Source of the DNA: Octopus sinensis
Taxonomy: Eukaryota
NCBI RefSeq assembly: GCF_006345805.1
Contig: NC_042997.1
Location: 91,574,001-91,638,000 of the forward strand
Direction of reading: 5' to 3'
DNA: 64,000 bases
Made by a program: the position numbers and the translations under genes. Below the pieces are notes generated by a model. That model worked only from the letters and a program-made list of their open reading frames with translations, was not told the DNA's origin and did not search any database. This document shows, in pieces, positions 49,915 through 61,600 of the stretch (position 1 is its first letter; each line of letters starts with the position of its first letter).

Positions 49915-51943
49915 TCTATATATAAAACTGAAATGCGTGATTACCGCTTGTCTCTTCTCTATATATAAAACTGAAATGCGTTTTTACCGCTTGGATCGCT
50001 TTCAATGCCACTATGACCCGTCCGATTCACTCCAAAATTTACAGGGACATGTAGAATGAGGTGACGATGCGCGTGGGCTACCTTAGAAATTCCTATCTTA
50101 AAAGGTGTGGTTGCTAGGGGCCATCTTCTTCACTCACACTATTTCCTTCTTTCCCTCTCTTACTCCCCTTCATTTATAAAGTTGACATTTAATGTATTCC
50201 CCTCAACTCCCTTTCACTTTGCCTTTATAAGGTCGTCAGGCGGCTTTCTTTGATGTATCTGTTTGCATTCATACGGAGAATTATCATCGCCCAATTTATG
50301 CATGTCTTCCTCACTCACTCACTCTTTTTCCTAATGATAATTATCATCGCCACCACCACCACCACCACCACCACCACCACCACCACCACCACCACCACCA
50401 CCACCACACCACCACCACCACACAATACTCACTCTATTTCATACAAACGGCCTTCTTTTATGTATCTGTCTGTGTGAAAGAGAGAGATAACTGAAATTTT
50501 TTACTCGGTTTTTGTAGTGCGTGCGTGTGTATGCATGTATGTGTATATGTATGTATGCATGTATGTGTGTGTGTGTATGTATCTGTGTGTATGTGTGTAT
50601 GTATGTGTATGTGTGTATGTGTGTGTATGTATGTGTGAGTGTGCATGTATGTATGTACCTTTGTCTGTTTATGTAACGGTCTGCTATGTAGAAATGAGGT
50701 TGACTCAATGGAAATGCATACATACACACACACATACATACACACACAAACACACATAATACACATACATACACACACACACACATAGATGCAGACCTAT
50801 GTTAAAAGTGCTGGCAAGTTTGCATGACAACTATTTTTTTTCCTGAAATGAAAGGCGTGACCTCTAGGACAAAATTCCTCATCTTATAAAATGTGGCCCC
50901 AGTACACCCGAATGAAATCACGTTATATTAACCAAAATGTGAAAAGGGGTATAAATGGGGCAGGAAGGGGATTAAAATTTAAAGGAGCGGGTGTTTAGGA
51001 ATTCTCTGTTACATCAAGCTAAAAAATTTGCGCCAGCCTTTTAATCGTCAATGTGTTGCCGTCCATGATGAAGAAGTTTTGAATGCTTGCCATGGTGAGT
51101 CTACTGTTGTGAAAAAGAATCACTTCAAAACTTGGTGTTTAGGGATTTTCTTTTACATCAAGTTGAAAATTTTACGCCAGCCGTTAAACTGTCAAAACGT
51201 TGCTGTCCGTCGTTAAGAAATGCCAGCCATGCTGACTCTACTACCCTCAGATTCTATCCCTTCAAACTTTGGTTTCCAATATTTTATTATTTTTATTCAC
51301 CTCACAAGTTCCTCTGTCCCTTTTAAATGTTTGTGTTTTGCTGTCTGCCTTGAAGCAGACCCTTCCGTTGTTACTGCCTGATATTTATGATTGATCTTTC
51401 TAAATATTTTATTTCTCAACTTACTCAAGATATTTTGTTGTTTATAAATGGGAAAGAGATAGATAAAGATAGAGAGTAAGAGAAAGCGAGGGAGAGTCCG
51501 AGAGAAAGGAAGAGTAAGAGAGTGGGGAAAGTGAGAGAGAAAGGAGAGAGAAACAAAGAGGGAGAATCATCATCATCATCATCGTTTAACGTCCGTTTTC
51601 CGTGCTAGCACGGGTTGGACAGTTTGACCAGGGTCTGGGAAGCCAGGAGGCTGCACCAGGCTCCAGTCTGATCTGGCAGTGTTTCTATAGGTGGATGCCC
51701 TTCCTAACGCCAACCACTCTGTGAGCGTAGTGGGTGCATTTTTCGTGCCGCCGTTACAGGTGCCAGGCGGGCTGGCAATGGCCATGATCGGTTGGTGCTT
51801 TTTACGTGTCACTGGCACAGAAGCCAGTCAAGGCGGCGCTGCAATCCGCCACGTTCGGATGGTACTTTTTACATGCTGAAAGGAAGCAACAGAAAGTAAC
51901 AACCACACTCTTACCCGCGCGTAGAGCGGGTCACCTTCAGCTA

Positions 51944-51944
<1 letters not shown>
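49915..51944 (+). mobile_element. Non-autonomous Helitron (~2.0 kb)
   Basis: 5' A|TCTATATATAAAACTG at 49914/49915; 3' hairpin acccgc-gcgtaga-gcgggt (51913-51931), then CTAG|T (51941-51945); no TSD; no Rep/helicase ORF. Confidence 0.8.
51561..51877 (-). mobile_element. RTE 3'-tail element nested in the Helitron
   Basis: atcatcatcatcgtttaacgtccgttttccgtgctagcacgggtt..., the reverse complement of the shared tail. Confidence 0.85.
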
Positions 51945-52041
<97 letters not shown>

Positions 52042-52067
52042 ATACATATATATATATATATATATAT

Positions 52068-52377
52068 GGAGGCGCAACGGCCCAGTGGTTAGGGCAGTGG
52101 ACTCACGGTCGGAGGATCGCGGTTTCGATTCCCAGATTGGGCATTGTGTATGTTTATTGAGTGAAAACACCTAAAAGCTCCACGAGGCTCCAGCAGGGGG
52201 TGGTGGCGACCTCTGTTGTACTCTTCTGTCACAACTTTCTCTCCCTCTTTCTTTTGTTGGCCTGCTCGCTTAGCCAGCGGGGTGGCACCATTTGAAGGCT
52301 AAAACAATGCGAAGTGCATTGTGACCAGCGATGTGTAGCAACATCTGATAGCCTGGTCGGTCACGTGATCACATGAT
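52068..52377 (+). mobile_element. tRNA-derived SINE
   Basis: ggaggcgcaacggcccagtggttagggcagtggactc...gcggtttcgattccc: A- and B-box-like motifs in a tRNA-like head, no acceptor stem closure, long unrelated body. Confidence 0.85.
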
Positions 52378-52394
52378 ATATATATATATATATA

Positions 52395-52605
52395 AAGGAG
52401 TACTACATCAGTTATGACAACGAGGGTCCCAGCTGATAAGACCAATGGAACAGCTTGCTCATGAAATTAACATGCATGTGGCTGAGCACTCCACAGACGC
52501 ATGTACCCTTAACATAGTTCTCAGGGAGATTTAGCATGTCAGAGTGTGACAAGGCTGGCCCTTTGAAATACAGGTACTACCCATTTTTGCCAGCTGAGTG
52601 GACTG
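52395..52605 (-). mobile_element. 3' half of the 61285-type SINE, tail-to-tail with 52068-52377
   Basis: Reverse complement of cagtccactcagctggcaaaaat...gggccagccttgtcacactctg...aatttcatgagcaagctgttccattg. Confidence 0.8.
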
Positions 52606-52979
52606 TTTATTTCATATAAATATAAATATATATATATTTTTAGTAATCTTAGATTTTATCTTTGTACTACGTAACAATATTGTTTATATGCCATCATCTA
52701 TAGTACCCCATGATAATCTCCTCTGTATTAACATCATAGGTTTTATTCACATCTTGCCCCTTTAACTGGTAATTAATATCTTGATTTGGGGTCTTCTCCT
52801 ACCTAGCCTCCTTTATAGACAGTTACTTATACAAATTCTAAAATCCTTACAATATCTATGACGATACCCAACTATAAACTGCGACTCACTCTTGCCCTTC
52901 ATTCTAAACAGACACTGTCCTCTAGCCTTAGATTTAGTAGTTGATAAAATAAGACTAATAAATTAAAAATGAACCACAA

Positions 52980-53270
52980 TGAACCAAGTAATGACCTCAT
53001 TCTCATTGGTGTTGTGCAATAGGGTGAGGTCTGAGGCGTTTCTGATGCTGTTACAGATCTTCCTGATGAGCTGCTTAGTCACCTGGCTGATCTCAAACTT
53101 TACCAGGTATATCAGCCTGCATTTGGGTTAAGAGGCAAAGTTAGGCTTATGATCTTTGATTATTATGAAGACCACTCTTTTTGCCAGAGTCTCTATCCTA
53201 TCTTCTATACCTAATTTAATAGCTATATCTTTGGCCTCCTGGTTAATATAATCATATGTGTTGGAGGTGG
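52980..53270 (-). mobile_element. Penelope-like element RT N-terminal fragment
   Basis: YDYINQEAKDIAIKLGIEDRIETLAKRVVFIIIKDHKPNFAS*PKCRLI resembles the PLE motif (F)ITLKDHKxNF..NPKCRLI. Confidence 0.75.
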
Positions 53271-53755
53271 CCCTCCTGTATGTTTGTGTGATGGCCACAG
53301 TTAAATGACTGGTACCAGTGCCGGTGGCACACAAGAAAACCATCCGAACGTGGCCGTAGCCAGTACCGCATCGACTGGCCTCCGTGCTGTGGGCACGTAA
53401 CAAACACCATCCGATCGTGGCCGTTTGCCAGCCTCATCTGGCACTTGTATCGGTGGCACATAAAAACACCATCCGAGCGTGGCCGTCTGCCAGCCTCGTC
53501 TGGCACCTGTGTTGGTGGCACATAAAAAACACCATCCGAGCGTGGCCGTTCGCCAGCCTCGTCTGGCACCTGTGTCGGTGGCACATAAAATCACCCACTA
53601 CACTCTCGGAGTGGTTGGCGTTAGGAAGGGCATCCAGCTGTAGAAACACTGCCAGATCTGACTGGCCTGGTGCAGCCTTCGGGCTCCCCAGACCCCAGTT
53701 GAACCGTCCAACCCATGCTAGCATGGAAAGCGGACGTTAAATGATGATGATGATG

Positions 53756-53757
<2 letters not shown>
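53271..53757 (+). mobile_element. Young RTE 3'-UTR element with ~57-bp minisatellite
   Basis: Nearly identical to 20762-21207; (GAT)n then (AT)n(GT)n tail. Confidence 0.88.
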
Positions 53758-53806
<49 letters not shown>

Positions 53807-54637
53807 TGTATATATATATATATCTTATAAATGTCCAAATGAGCTTGACTGAAAGCCTTGTAGTCACATAGCAAATGTGCTGAGTCAAATTGTTATCAAA
53901 ATATATGTATCTCCTACTGAATGTGTTGAATGCCACTTTCTCTCATTTGCTCACTTGTGTGTGTGTATATATATATATAAGATATAAGTAAGTTAGATGT
54001 ATGGAAACGATCTAAGGGATAGATGTATCCAGAGGCGCTCCTGGTAATTACTTCAGTATGGATGGTCCTTGTTATAAGGTATATAGTAGTGGTTAATTTA
54101 AAAGTAAACCGTAGTTTAATGTATATATAGACGATAAGAAACTGGAGAAATAAATAACAATGAGAAGTGGATCTTTGGTGTTATAAAGCCATTATTTATT
54201 TAATTAAGATGGGAGTATGATAGAGTAAATTTACAGCTGTTTCCATGTATCAGGCTGGGGTAAATATGTATTTACCTCATTGTAATTGATAGTCATCAAC
54301 AGAACGAAGAAAGCAAAGATAAACAAAAGGTAGTAGAGAGAAAGAAAGTGTAAGGAAAAAACAGGAAGAAGAAAATGTTCAATAATTTGATAGTCTTACA
54401 TTTTAGTTAGGTTCAAAGTTCAATAAATCCGTTAACATGTATATGTATATTATGAATTATTATTTAATTCCCAGAAATTGAAAATATTTTCAAATTGATT
54501 TTGCTGCAAAAGTTTTATTCACATTAGATTAACAGTTCATCTAACATAAATCACTGAAATATTTTCCTTCATAGATTTTAATACATTGGAATAGGTAACA
54601 ATGAATTCTTGCTAAAAGTAATGCTTAATATTTCCAG

Positions 54638-54792
54638 GAGACCAAGGTCGAGAATTTATTGTACTTGGTGATAAAGAGGTTGATTATGATGCAAACTTCC
54701 GCTTATATTTGAACACTAAATTGGCAAACCCTAAATACTCACCAGATGTGTTTAGCAAATCAATGGTTATCAACTATACTGTTACTTTGAAG
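54638..54792 (+). CDS. DNAH10: DNAH10 exon, AAA5 (after a 10.4-kb intron)
   Basis: Acceptor tatttccag; (G)[51 protein letters not shown]; donor gtatgt at 54793. Confidence 0.95.
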
Positions 54793-55244
54793 GTATGTTT
54801 TGCTCTTTAAAACCATTATCTCAAATAATTAATAGCTTGGTAATGTTTCAGTTCTGTGTCTCTCCTTTTATTGAATACTATAAAATTTCTCATTTCTATG
54901 AAATATACCATGTTTCATTGTGGCCATATGTCCTAGGAAGATTTGTCCTCTTTGATAGAGAAGCTTCAGTTACCCGACAATCATTGCATTATGTTTTTCA
55001 GATAGGCATATTACTTCAACTACATCTAACGCCCTACTGGAAAATGGAGACCACCTTTACTTCAAAGGTTCTATAGTTTGTCTTAGGCAGAGGTGTCAGA
55101 TTTGTTTACTTTTGTGGGCTGGATTGATGCCTAAACAAGAACTCACAGGCTGGATAGCGAGAATTATTCCTAAAAGCCCTATTCACAACATAGGTCAAAG
55201 TAAATGGATAAATGAGTTAATAAACATTATAACTTTATTAATAA

Positions 55245-55698
55245 CTAGCAGTATAGCCTGGCGTTGCTCAGGTTTGTTTTTTAGCTGCGCTTAAAATGGC
55301 AAACTTTGATGTCTGCCATTTTAACATAGTTTAACAAAGTTTTGACATAGTTTCAATCTTTTCTGAAAATAAAAATTTTGCATTATGTAGCTTGTTATTC
55401 TCTTTAAGTGAACATTTTTCTGGTTGAAATACACCGAAAAATGGCAACACAGCAGTCAAAAAATCATAAAAAATAGGGATTTTCATAGAAAAAAAGCACC
55501 TTTTTGATGTAAATAATTTTTGGTGTTAACATGGTCCGATTTGAATTTTTTCTTGTACGGAATGAAGAGCAAGCCTTCTTCTATCATACTCTCAATTTTG
55601 GTCAACATGCACAGCAGGGTCTCAGAGGAGATAGTGTTAGTTGAAGGCTACCAAACCTGCCACATACACACAGACAACTTCAGCTTTATATGTATAGA
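55245..55698 (-). mobile_element. Non-autonomous Helitron (454 bp)
   Basis: Minus strand 5' A|TCTATACATATAAAGCTG (55699/55698); 3' imperfect hairpin cctgagcaacgccagg 8 nt before CTAG|T (55248-55244). Confidence 0.82.
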
Positions 55699-56816
55699 TA
55701 AAGAAAAGAAAGAATAGGAGTCATTAGCAAAGTTTGTGTGGTGGTAAGTTATCCACATGGTACACACACACACACACACATTTATATATGTATAACTTAG
55801 CAGTTTGGCAAAAGAGATTGATTGAATAAGTACTAGTCCTGGTGTTGATTTATTTTACTGAAAACCCTTTAAAGTGGTGTTCCAGCATGGCTGCAGTCAA
55901 ATAACTGAAATATGTTAAAGAATAATAGAAAGAAAGAGTGTTTGGTATTAGGAAGGGCATCTAGCTGTAAAAAAGCCCTGCCAAAATACAGTATCCTGAG
56001 TAGTCTTCTACATGGCCGGCTCCTGTCAACCATCCTACCCATGCATGCATGGAAGTCAGACATTAAATAGTGACGATGATGATAATACAGTCTTATTAAA
56101 TAAAAGTCCTTTGAGTGGAAACTGAGGCAGGAATTGTCCAAATGAATGCATGCAGTTCTAAGACCAGTGCTTGATAATAAACTTGCAAATATCAATTATA
56201 CACTAACATGCATATTCAATAGCAAATGAAAGTCATACACTGATGTATGCAATTAACAGCCATACACAGACACACATACCTTACACCAAAGGAAAACTAT
56301 ACAAAACCTCAAAATTTTCATTTGGTCCAGTATTTGATAAATGCTGGATAAAGTGAAGTGCAAGTTGATTCATCTTTTAGTATATGGTTTTGTACGTTTT
56401 TTTTTTTCAAACTAAACTCAAGTCAGTTTCTGATTTTGGAGAATATTTTTAAATTTAAAAAAAACAAAAAAAAATGATGGCAGTGATAAACATTGCTGTG
56501 GGCTGTACGTTTGATATCTCTGGACTAAGGGATGGAAAATATCTTAAGTTCCAAATATGCAAATATCTAACTAATACTTGCACTGACAAAATAAATAAGA
56601 AACAGTTAACTTTAAAACAAAAGTGAGTATTTTAGGAATCTTTAAGTGATTGATAGTTACATTTCATACAGCAAAAATATTAATTACATTTGTGACCTTT
56701 ACAAGCTAGAACCAAAATATTACATTTTTATTTCTGTAGTGAGCCAATCCATTATATAAGATACTTTACTAACACTGATATTTCTCATGGCTTCTTTAAA
56801 ACCTGCTATTCTTCAG

Positions 56817-56905
56817 GGGTTGGAAGATCAGTTGTTAAGTGTGATTGTCAAATTTGAAAGGAAAGAACTGGAAGAGCAGAGAGAAAGACTTATTCAAGTA
56901 ACAAG
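56817..56905 (+). CDS. DNAH10: DNAH10 exon, AAA5 / buttress
   Basis: Acceptor attcttcag; [29 protein letters not shown](S); donor gtgagt at 56906, phase 2. Confidence 0.94.
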
Positions 56906-57084
56906 GTGAGTATTCATTTTAATTTGTGAAAAACCAGTGTCCTACTCAGAGACAGACTTGAATCTCATTTGTTTACTATTAAGAAAGTCAAATTGTTTAA
57001 ACTTACACGGTTCAGGACTGGAAAAAAAAACTTGCTAATTAAAAAGTTTGATTAATTAACTATAGATATGCTTTACATTAACAG

Positions 57085-57214
57085 TGAAAACAAACGATTA
57101 CTGAAAGATCTGGAAGATTCCTTGCTAAGAGAATTGGCAACATCTCAAGGCAACATGTTGGACAATGTTGAACTGGTGTCTACATTAGAGGAAACGAAAA
57201 CTAAAGCAACAGAG
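57085..57214 (+). CDS. DNAH10: DNAH10 exon, buttress
   Basis: Acceptor cattaacag; [43 protein letters not shown]; donor gtcagt at 57215. Confidence 0.94.
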
Positions 57215-57724
57215 GTCAGTAATTATCAATAATGTTTTAACTTTTTTTTTTTACTGTATTTCTGTTGAAATACATTTCCTTTATTACGGTTAATTTTGAA
57301 AATAATGAACACTTTAGTAAAATAACTTTGTCTTCATTAAATCGGTGTTTAGAGCATAGACATGAGATTTTGATGGAATTTAATTTTAGGAAGTTTGTAT
57401 TATAGAGCCAAAGGTGGTTTCAGGCAGGTTGGTATCAAAAGGGTTAACGCTTTTTCATCAAACTTGTATACAAAGGAATGCTGAAAGTTCCTGCTTTTGT
57501 GTAGAAGAAAATACAGGAGGATCAATTATGGTTTTATTCAACATATTCATTTCAGATTTACACACTTATTGCAGCAGTCCTTCAGTTTTTCTAAGTCCTG
57601 TAAAAGAACTCAGAAGGTTGGACCTCCAACCAGGCCTTCTGCAATACCCTTTTAATAATGGAAGGCAAGGTTTATGATATCGGAGGAATATCAGAGATTA
57701 AAGCTAGTTATTTTGTAATATTTT

Positions 57725-58055
57725 GCTTTGTGCTGGTGGCACATAAAAATGCTGGTGGCATGTGAAAAAACATTGGAGCGAGGTTGTTGTCAGTGCAGCT
57801 GGACTGGCACCTGTGCAGGTAGCATGTAAAAAACACCATTTGAGTGTGACCATTGCCAATACCACCTGACTGGCACGTAAAAGCACCCACCACACTCTTG
57901 GAGTGGTTGGCATTAGGATGGGCATCCAGCTGAAGAAACTCTGCCAGATCAGATTGGAGCCTGGTGCAGCCATCTGGTTCGCCAGTCCTTAGTCAAATCG
58001 TCCAACCTATGCTAGCATGGAAAGTGGATGTTAAACAACGGTGATGATGATGATG
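57725..58055 (+). mobile_element. RTE 3'-tail element
   Basis: tggcacataaaaatgctggtggcatgtgaaaaaacatt...aacctatgctagcatggaaagtggatgttaaac...gatgatgat. Confidence 0.8.
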
Positions 58056-58525
58056 CTCAGAACTATGATCTTTCCATGATTCCATGACCAATCAAGTACA
58101 TTCCTGCAATATTCTGGTGAAATAAATGAGCTAAACTCACTTCTATCTACCAAAACATGAGTTTCTGTAATAAAAGGAAGTTAGTAGTTCTTGACTCATT
58201 TCTGTTATGATGACCATTTACTAGATTAATTCTGATTCCCAGTTACAACAATCACTTTACAGAATTGCATATAAATTACTTCTTATTTCACCTCTCTTTT
58301 CAGGAAGCTTTTCCTAATATATTTCAAGAGTTCTTTTTCCATTCACAAAATATTTACTCTCTTATTATATCATTTTGACTGTACCAATTTTATTTGTTAC
58401 TTGCATTTTATAATTTGTAAGGCTCTTAGTAGGCTGTAGGAAAGGCTTTTTTCCTCGGACATGATAAAAAATTAGAATATATATATATATATATTTATTT
58501 CTTCTTCTTAAATCTTTACATTCAG

Positions 58526-58799
58526 GTTATTGAGAAACTTGCTTTAGGAGAGAAGACAGCAAAAGATATTGATAAACTACGGGATGGTTATCGGCCAGCG
58601 GCAAAACGTGGTGCTGTCTTATTTTTTGTCCTGGCTGAAATGTCTGTGATAGACAACATGTACCAGTACTCCCTGTCAGCTTACTTACATGTATTCAGAC
58701 ATTCACTGAAAAAGTCCATGCCTGATGCTGTTCTGATAAAACGTCTGAACAACATTATGAACACATTAACACAGAATATCTATGACTATGGATGTACAG
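58526..58799 (+). CDS. DNAH10: DNAH10 exon, after buttress
   Basis: Acceptor tacattcag; VIEKLALGEKTAKDIDKLRDGYRPAAKRGAVLFFVLAEMSVIDNMYQYSLSAYL...IYDYGCT; donor gtaaga at 58800, phase 1. Confidence 0.95.
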
Positions 58800-58992
58800 G
58801 TAAGAGTTATTGATTTGTCTTTGTTTTTACTAATTAAATACATCATCATCATAATCATTATCAATGTGTCTGACAGGTGAACACTCATTAAATAATGCAA
58901 TTTAACTGTCAAAAATCTTATCTGTAATACCTGACAGCTTCTGTTACCTGGCCCATTTAATCAACAGTAGAGGTAATTGTTGCAGAGACATA

Positions 58993-59133
58993 TTAGGTTG
59001 TCCCAAAAGTTCGTAAACACTTGCGAAAATTGAATTTTTACTCGCCAAGTACTAACAAAAACAACAAAAATTATTCCTCAAAATAAAGACCATTATTTTC
59101 CAAGACTTTCTACGAACTTTTGGGACAACCTTA
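58993..59133 (-). mobile_element. 141-bp mariner-derived MITE
   Basis: 21-bp perfect inverted repeat aggttgtcccaaaagttcgta (58995-59015 / 59111-59131); TA flanks 58991-92 and 59134-35; minus-strand core KVLENNGLYFEE*. Confidence 0.88.
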
Positions 59134-59927
59134 TAGTTGCCAGTGTAAGAACAAAGTGGAAAAAGTTCAAGTAACTATTACATTTGGGGGTAACAAACGG
59201 TTTCTTTTCTAATTGAAAGTCAAATTGAATGATACTTGTGCATAAAGTGTGGTGAATGTAGATGTGTGTAGGCTAGAAAGAAATGGGGCAAGTATATTCT
59301 GTTGGATATCTAATGTCAGCATGCATAGATGGTTGAGCAAAACAAGTTAAGTAAAGAAATGGGTATTAAAGGAATCAGATATAGCTGATTCCTCTGATCG
59401 TACTTTTATAGATATGTGTACATTTGAAGGGAGATAGTAAGGTGAAGAATTACTAAGCAAACCAAATAAAAGGAACCTGTTGAAGACTAAAATTCAAAAA
59501 ACTGTAGGTAGAAGTAGTTAAGTGTGATTTGAAGATGCTGGAGATGAGGGCAATGACAGCTGATTGCAACAAGTAGTAAGATACTGTGTCATAGAAGACC
59601 CATCCAACCCATGCCTGCATTAAAAAATGGTTGTAATATGTTGATGATAATGATGTTTAGTGTATGTAAATCCTGTTTAAAATAGGTATGGATAAAAACA
59701 GGACTTCACCTCCAAAATTGGGTTTAATTTTATTTGGTTCTTAATAAATAACCATAATCAAGATAAAAGTATAAAAATGATATATTCTATTAAATAATGA
59801 CAAATTCAGTTGGTATTTCAAAAATGGAGTCTGTCTTTCCTGCTTTTACAATTTCTTTAGTACTTGTATTTCTATATTCAATATTTTTTATTAATACATT
59901 CAATATTTTTTTGTTGAATTACTTTAG

Positions 59928-60031
59928 GAATCTTTGAGAAGCACAAGTTACTCTTTGCCTTCCAAATTACTGTCAAACTGGAACAGGATCAATCAAAAAT
60001 CCGTCAAGAAGAGTTAGAATTTTTTCTTAAA
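59928..60031 (+). CDS. DNAH10: DNAH10 exon, AAA5-AAA6 junction
   Basis: Acceptor tactttag; (G)IFEKHKLLFAFQITVKLEQDQSKIRQEELEFFLK; donor gtaaga at 60032. Confidence 0.94.
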
Positions 60032-60344
60032 GTAAGACTTTTATATCATATTCAAGAATCATTATATTGTAATATCTTTAATTACAACTGCACTCAATTC
60101 TTCCTTACTTGTTTCCTCTCAACTTTCTCCATTCTGAAATCATTGCTTCTCCCCAATCATGTTATTTTGTAACTTCTTGTTATTTAGTTCATCTTATCTC
60201 TTTCTCTCTCAACTCAAACTGATATTGCAGATACAGAACACAAAATACTTGTCATCTAGAACTTTTTAAAACTTGCTAGCTCATGTCCCTGACTCACCCA
60301 TTGACTTTCTGAATACTCTTTATTGCTTCACTCCAAAATTCTAC

Positions 60345-60725
60345 TGCAATCGTTCTGGAGTCCATATGGCCCCTGAGGGTTCAAATAAGATTTTGGGGAT
60401 TCCACATAACAGAATAGTAAATTGGTGATCCATAATAATATTTTGAGGGTCCCTGAAAAACTTTTACTTTAGATGTATGTATTGGTATGTATTGTAAGAA
60501 ACAGCTAGGTTTCTTTCTCTAACATTCTACATACTTTAACCTATACAAGTTAACACTTTACACAGGTCAACCTACACAAGTTAATGTGTGAAAAACAAAA
60601 TAGAAATTTTGAAAGAAGTTTCTATAAAACTAGCTTTTAAACATCGAAATGCTATGGTGGGGTCCACCAGAATAAAATAGTAATCAAAGGTGTCCATAGA
60701 TAAAAAAACATTTAAGAACCTTCAT
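60345..60725. mobile_element. Possible decayed hAT-like MITE
   Basis: Repeated gg/gtcc motifs near both ends (gagtccatatggcccctgagggttc; ggggtccacc...ggtgtccatagataaaaaa...aagaacc) resemble Charlie/hAT subterminal sequence; TIRs are degenerate. Confidence 0.3.
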
Positions 60726-60853
60726 TCCACAGTTTTGATCCAATGACATTTGCTAAACCCTTTCTAATTACTGATGTAGTTACTACCATCTATGCTGATG
60801 CTGACAACAATGATGATGTTACCAGATATTATAACTGATTTGTTTTTTTAAAG

Positions 60854-61009
60854 GGAAACATTGCTTTGGAGAAAAGTGCCAGAAAGAAACCTTTTCCATG
60901 GATCATTGATGAAGGATGGGAAGATTGTGTTCAACTTTCTGAAGAATTTCCAGAAAAATTTGGGGAGCTTCTTGATAGTATTGAGAATGAAGAGACAGTT
61001 TGGCAATCT
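60854..61009 (+). CDS. DNAH10: DNAH10 exon, last one visible in window
   Basis: Acceptor ttttttaaag; GNIALEKSARKKPFPWIIDEGWEDCVQLSEEFPEKFGELLDSIENEETVWQS; donor gtaagt at 61010. Confidence 0.92.
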
Positions 61010-61284
61010 GTAAGTTTAGTCAGACCAGATTATAGAACTTTTGTCTTATGTATTCTTTTTATGTATTTTATAAAACTATTATGAGAATAAGGTTTCAGAG
61101 GAAGGTTAGGAAACTTTGTATTTAATGATGATATCAACAGCTGGATGTCTATATATGACCAGGCTTCACCGTGGACCAAACAACAACAATAACAGCAGCA
61201 GTGGCACCGGCAGTAGCAGCAGATTTTTAAAGTTTCTTCATTTATATTTGTCATTTTTATTATTGATTTCTAACATTGTGAAAG

Positions 61285-61600
61285 CATGTGGCTTAGTGGT
61301 TAGGGCATTTGGCTCACGATTGTAAGGTTGTAAGTTCAATTCCGGGCGACGCGTTTTGTGTCCTTGAGCAAGACACTTTATTTCACGTTGCTCCAGTCCA
61401 CTCAGCTGGCAAAAATGAGTTGTACCTGTATTTCAAGAGCTAGCCTTGTCACACTCTGTGTCATGCTGAATCTCCCTGAGAACTACGTTAGGGGTACGCG
61501 TGTCTGTGGATTGCTCAGTCACTTGCATGTTAATTTCACAAGCAAGCTGTTCCATTGATTGTATCAGCTGAGACTCTCATCTTCATAACCAATGGAGTGC
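61285..61600 (+). mobile_element. tRNA-derived SINE
   Basis: A-box tggcttagtgg (61289-61299), B-box-like gttcaattcc (61334-61343); body shared with 33250-33555 and 52395-52605. Confidence 0.85.

Noticed and set aside
52068-52145. tRNA gene (also 61285-61350)
   Set aside because: A/B boxes are present, but there is no closed acceptor stem and a long repeat body follows; these are SINE heads.
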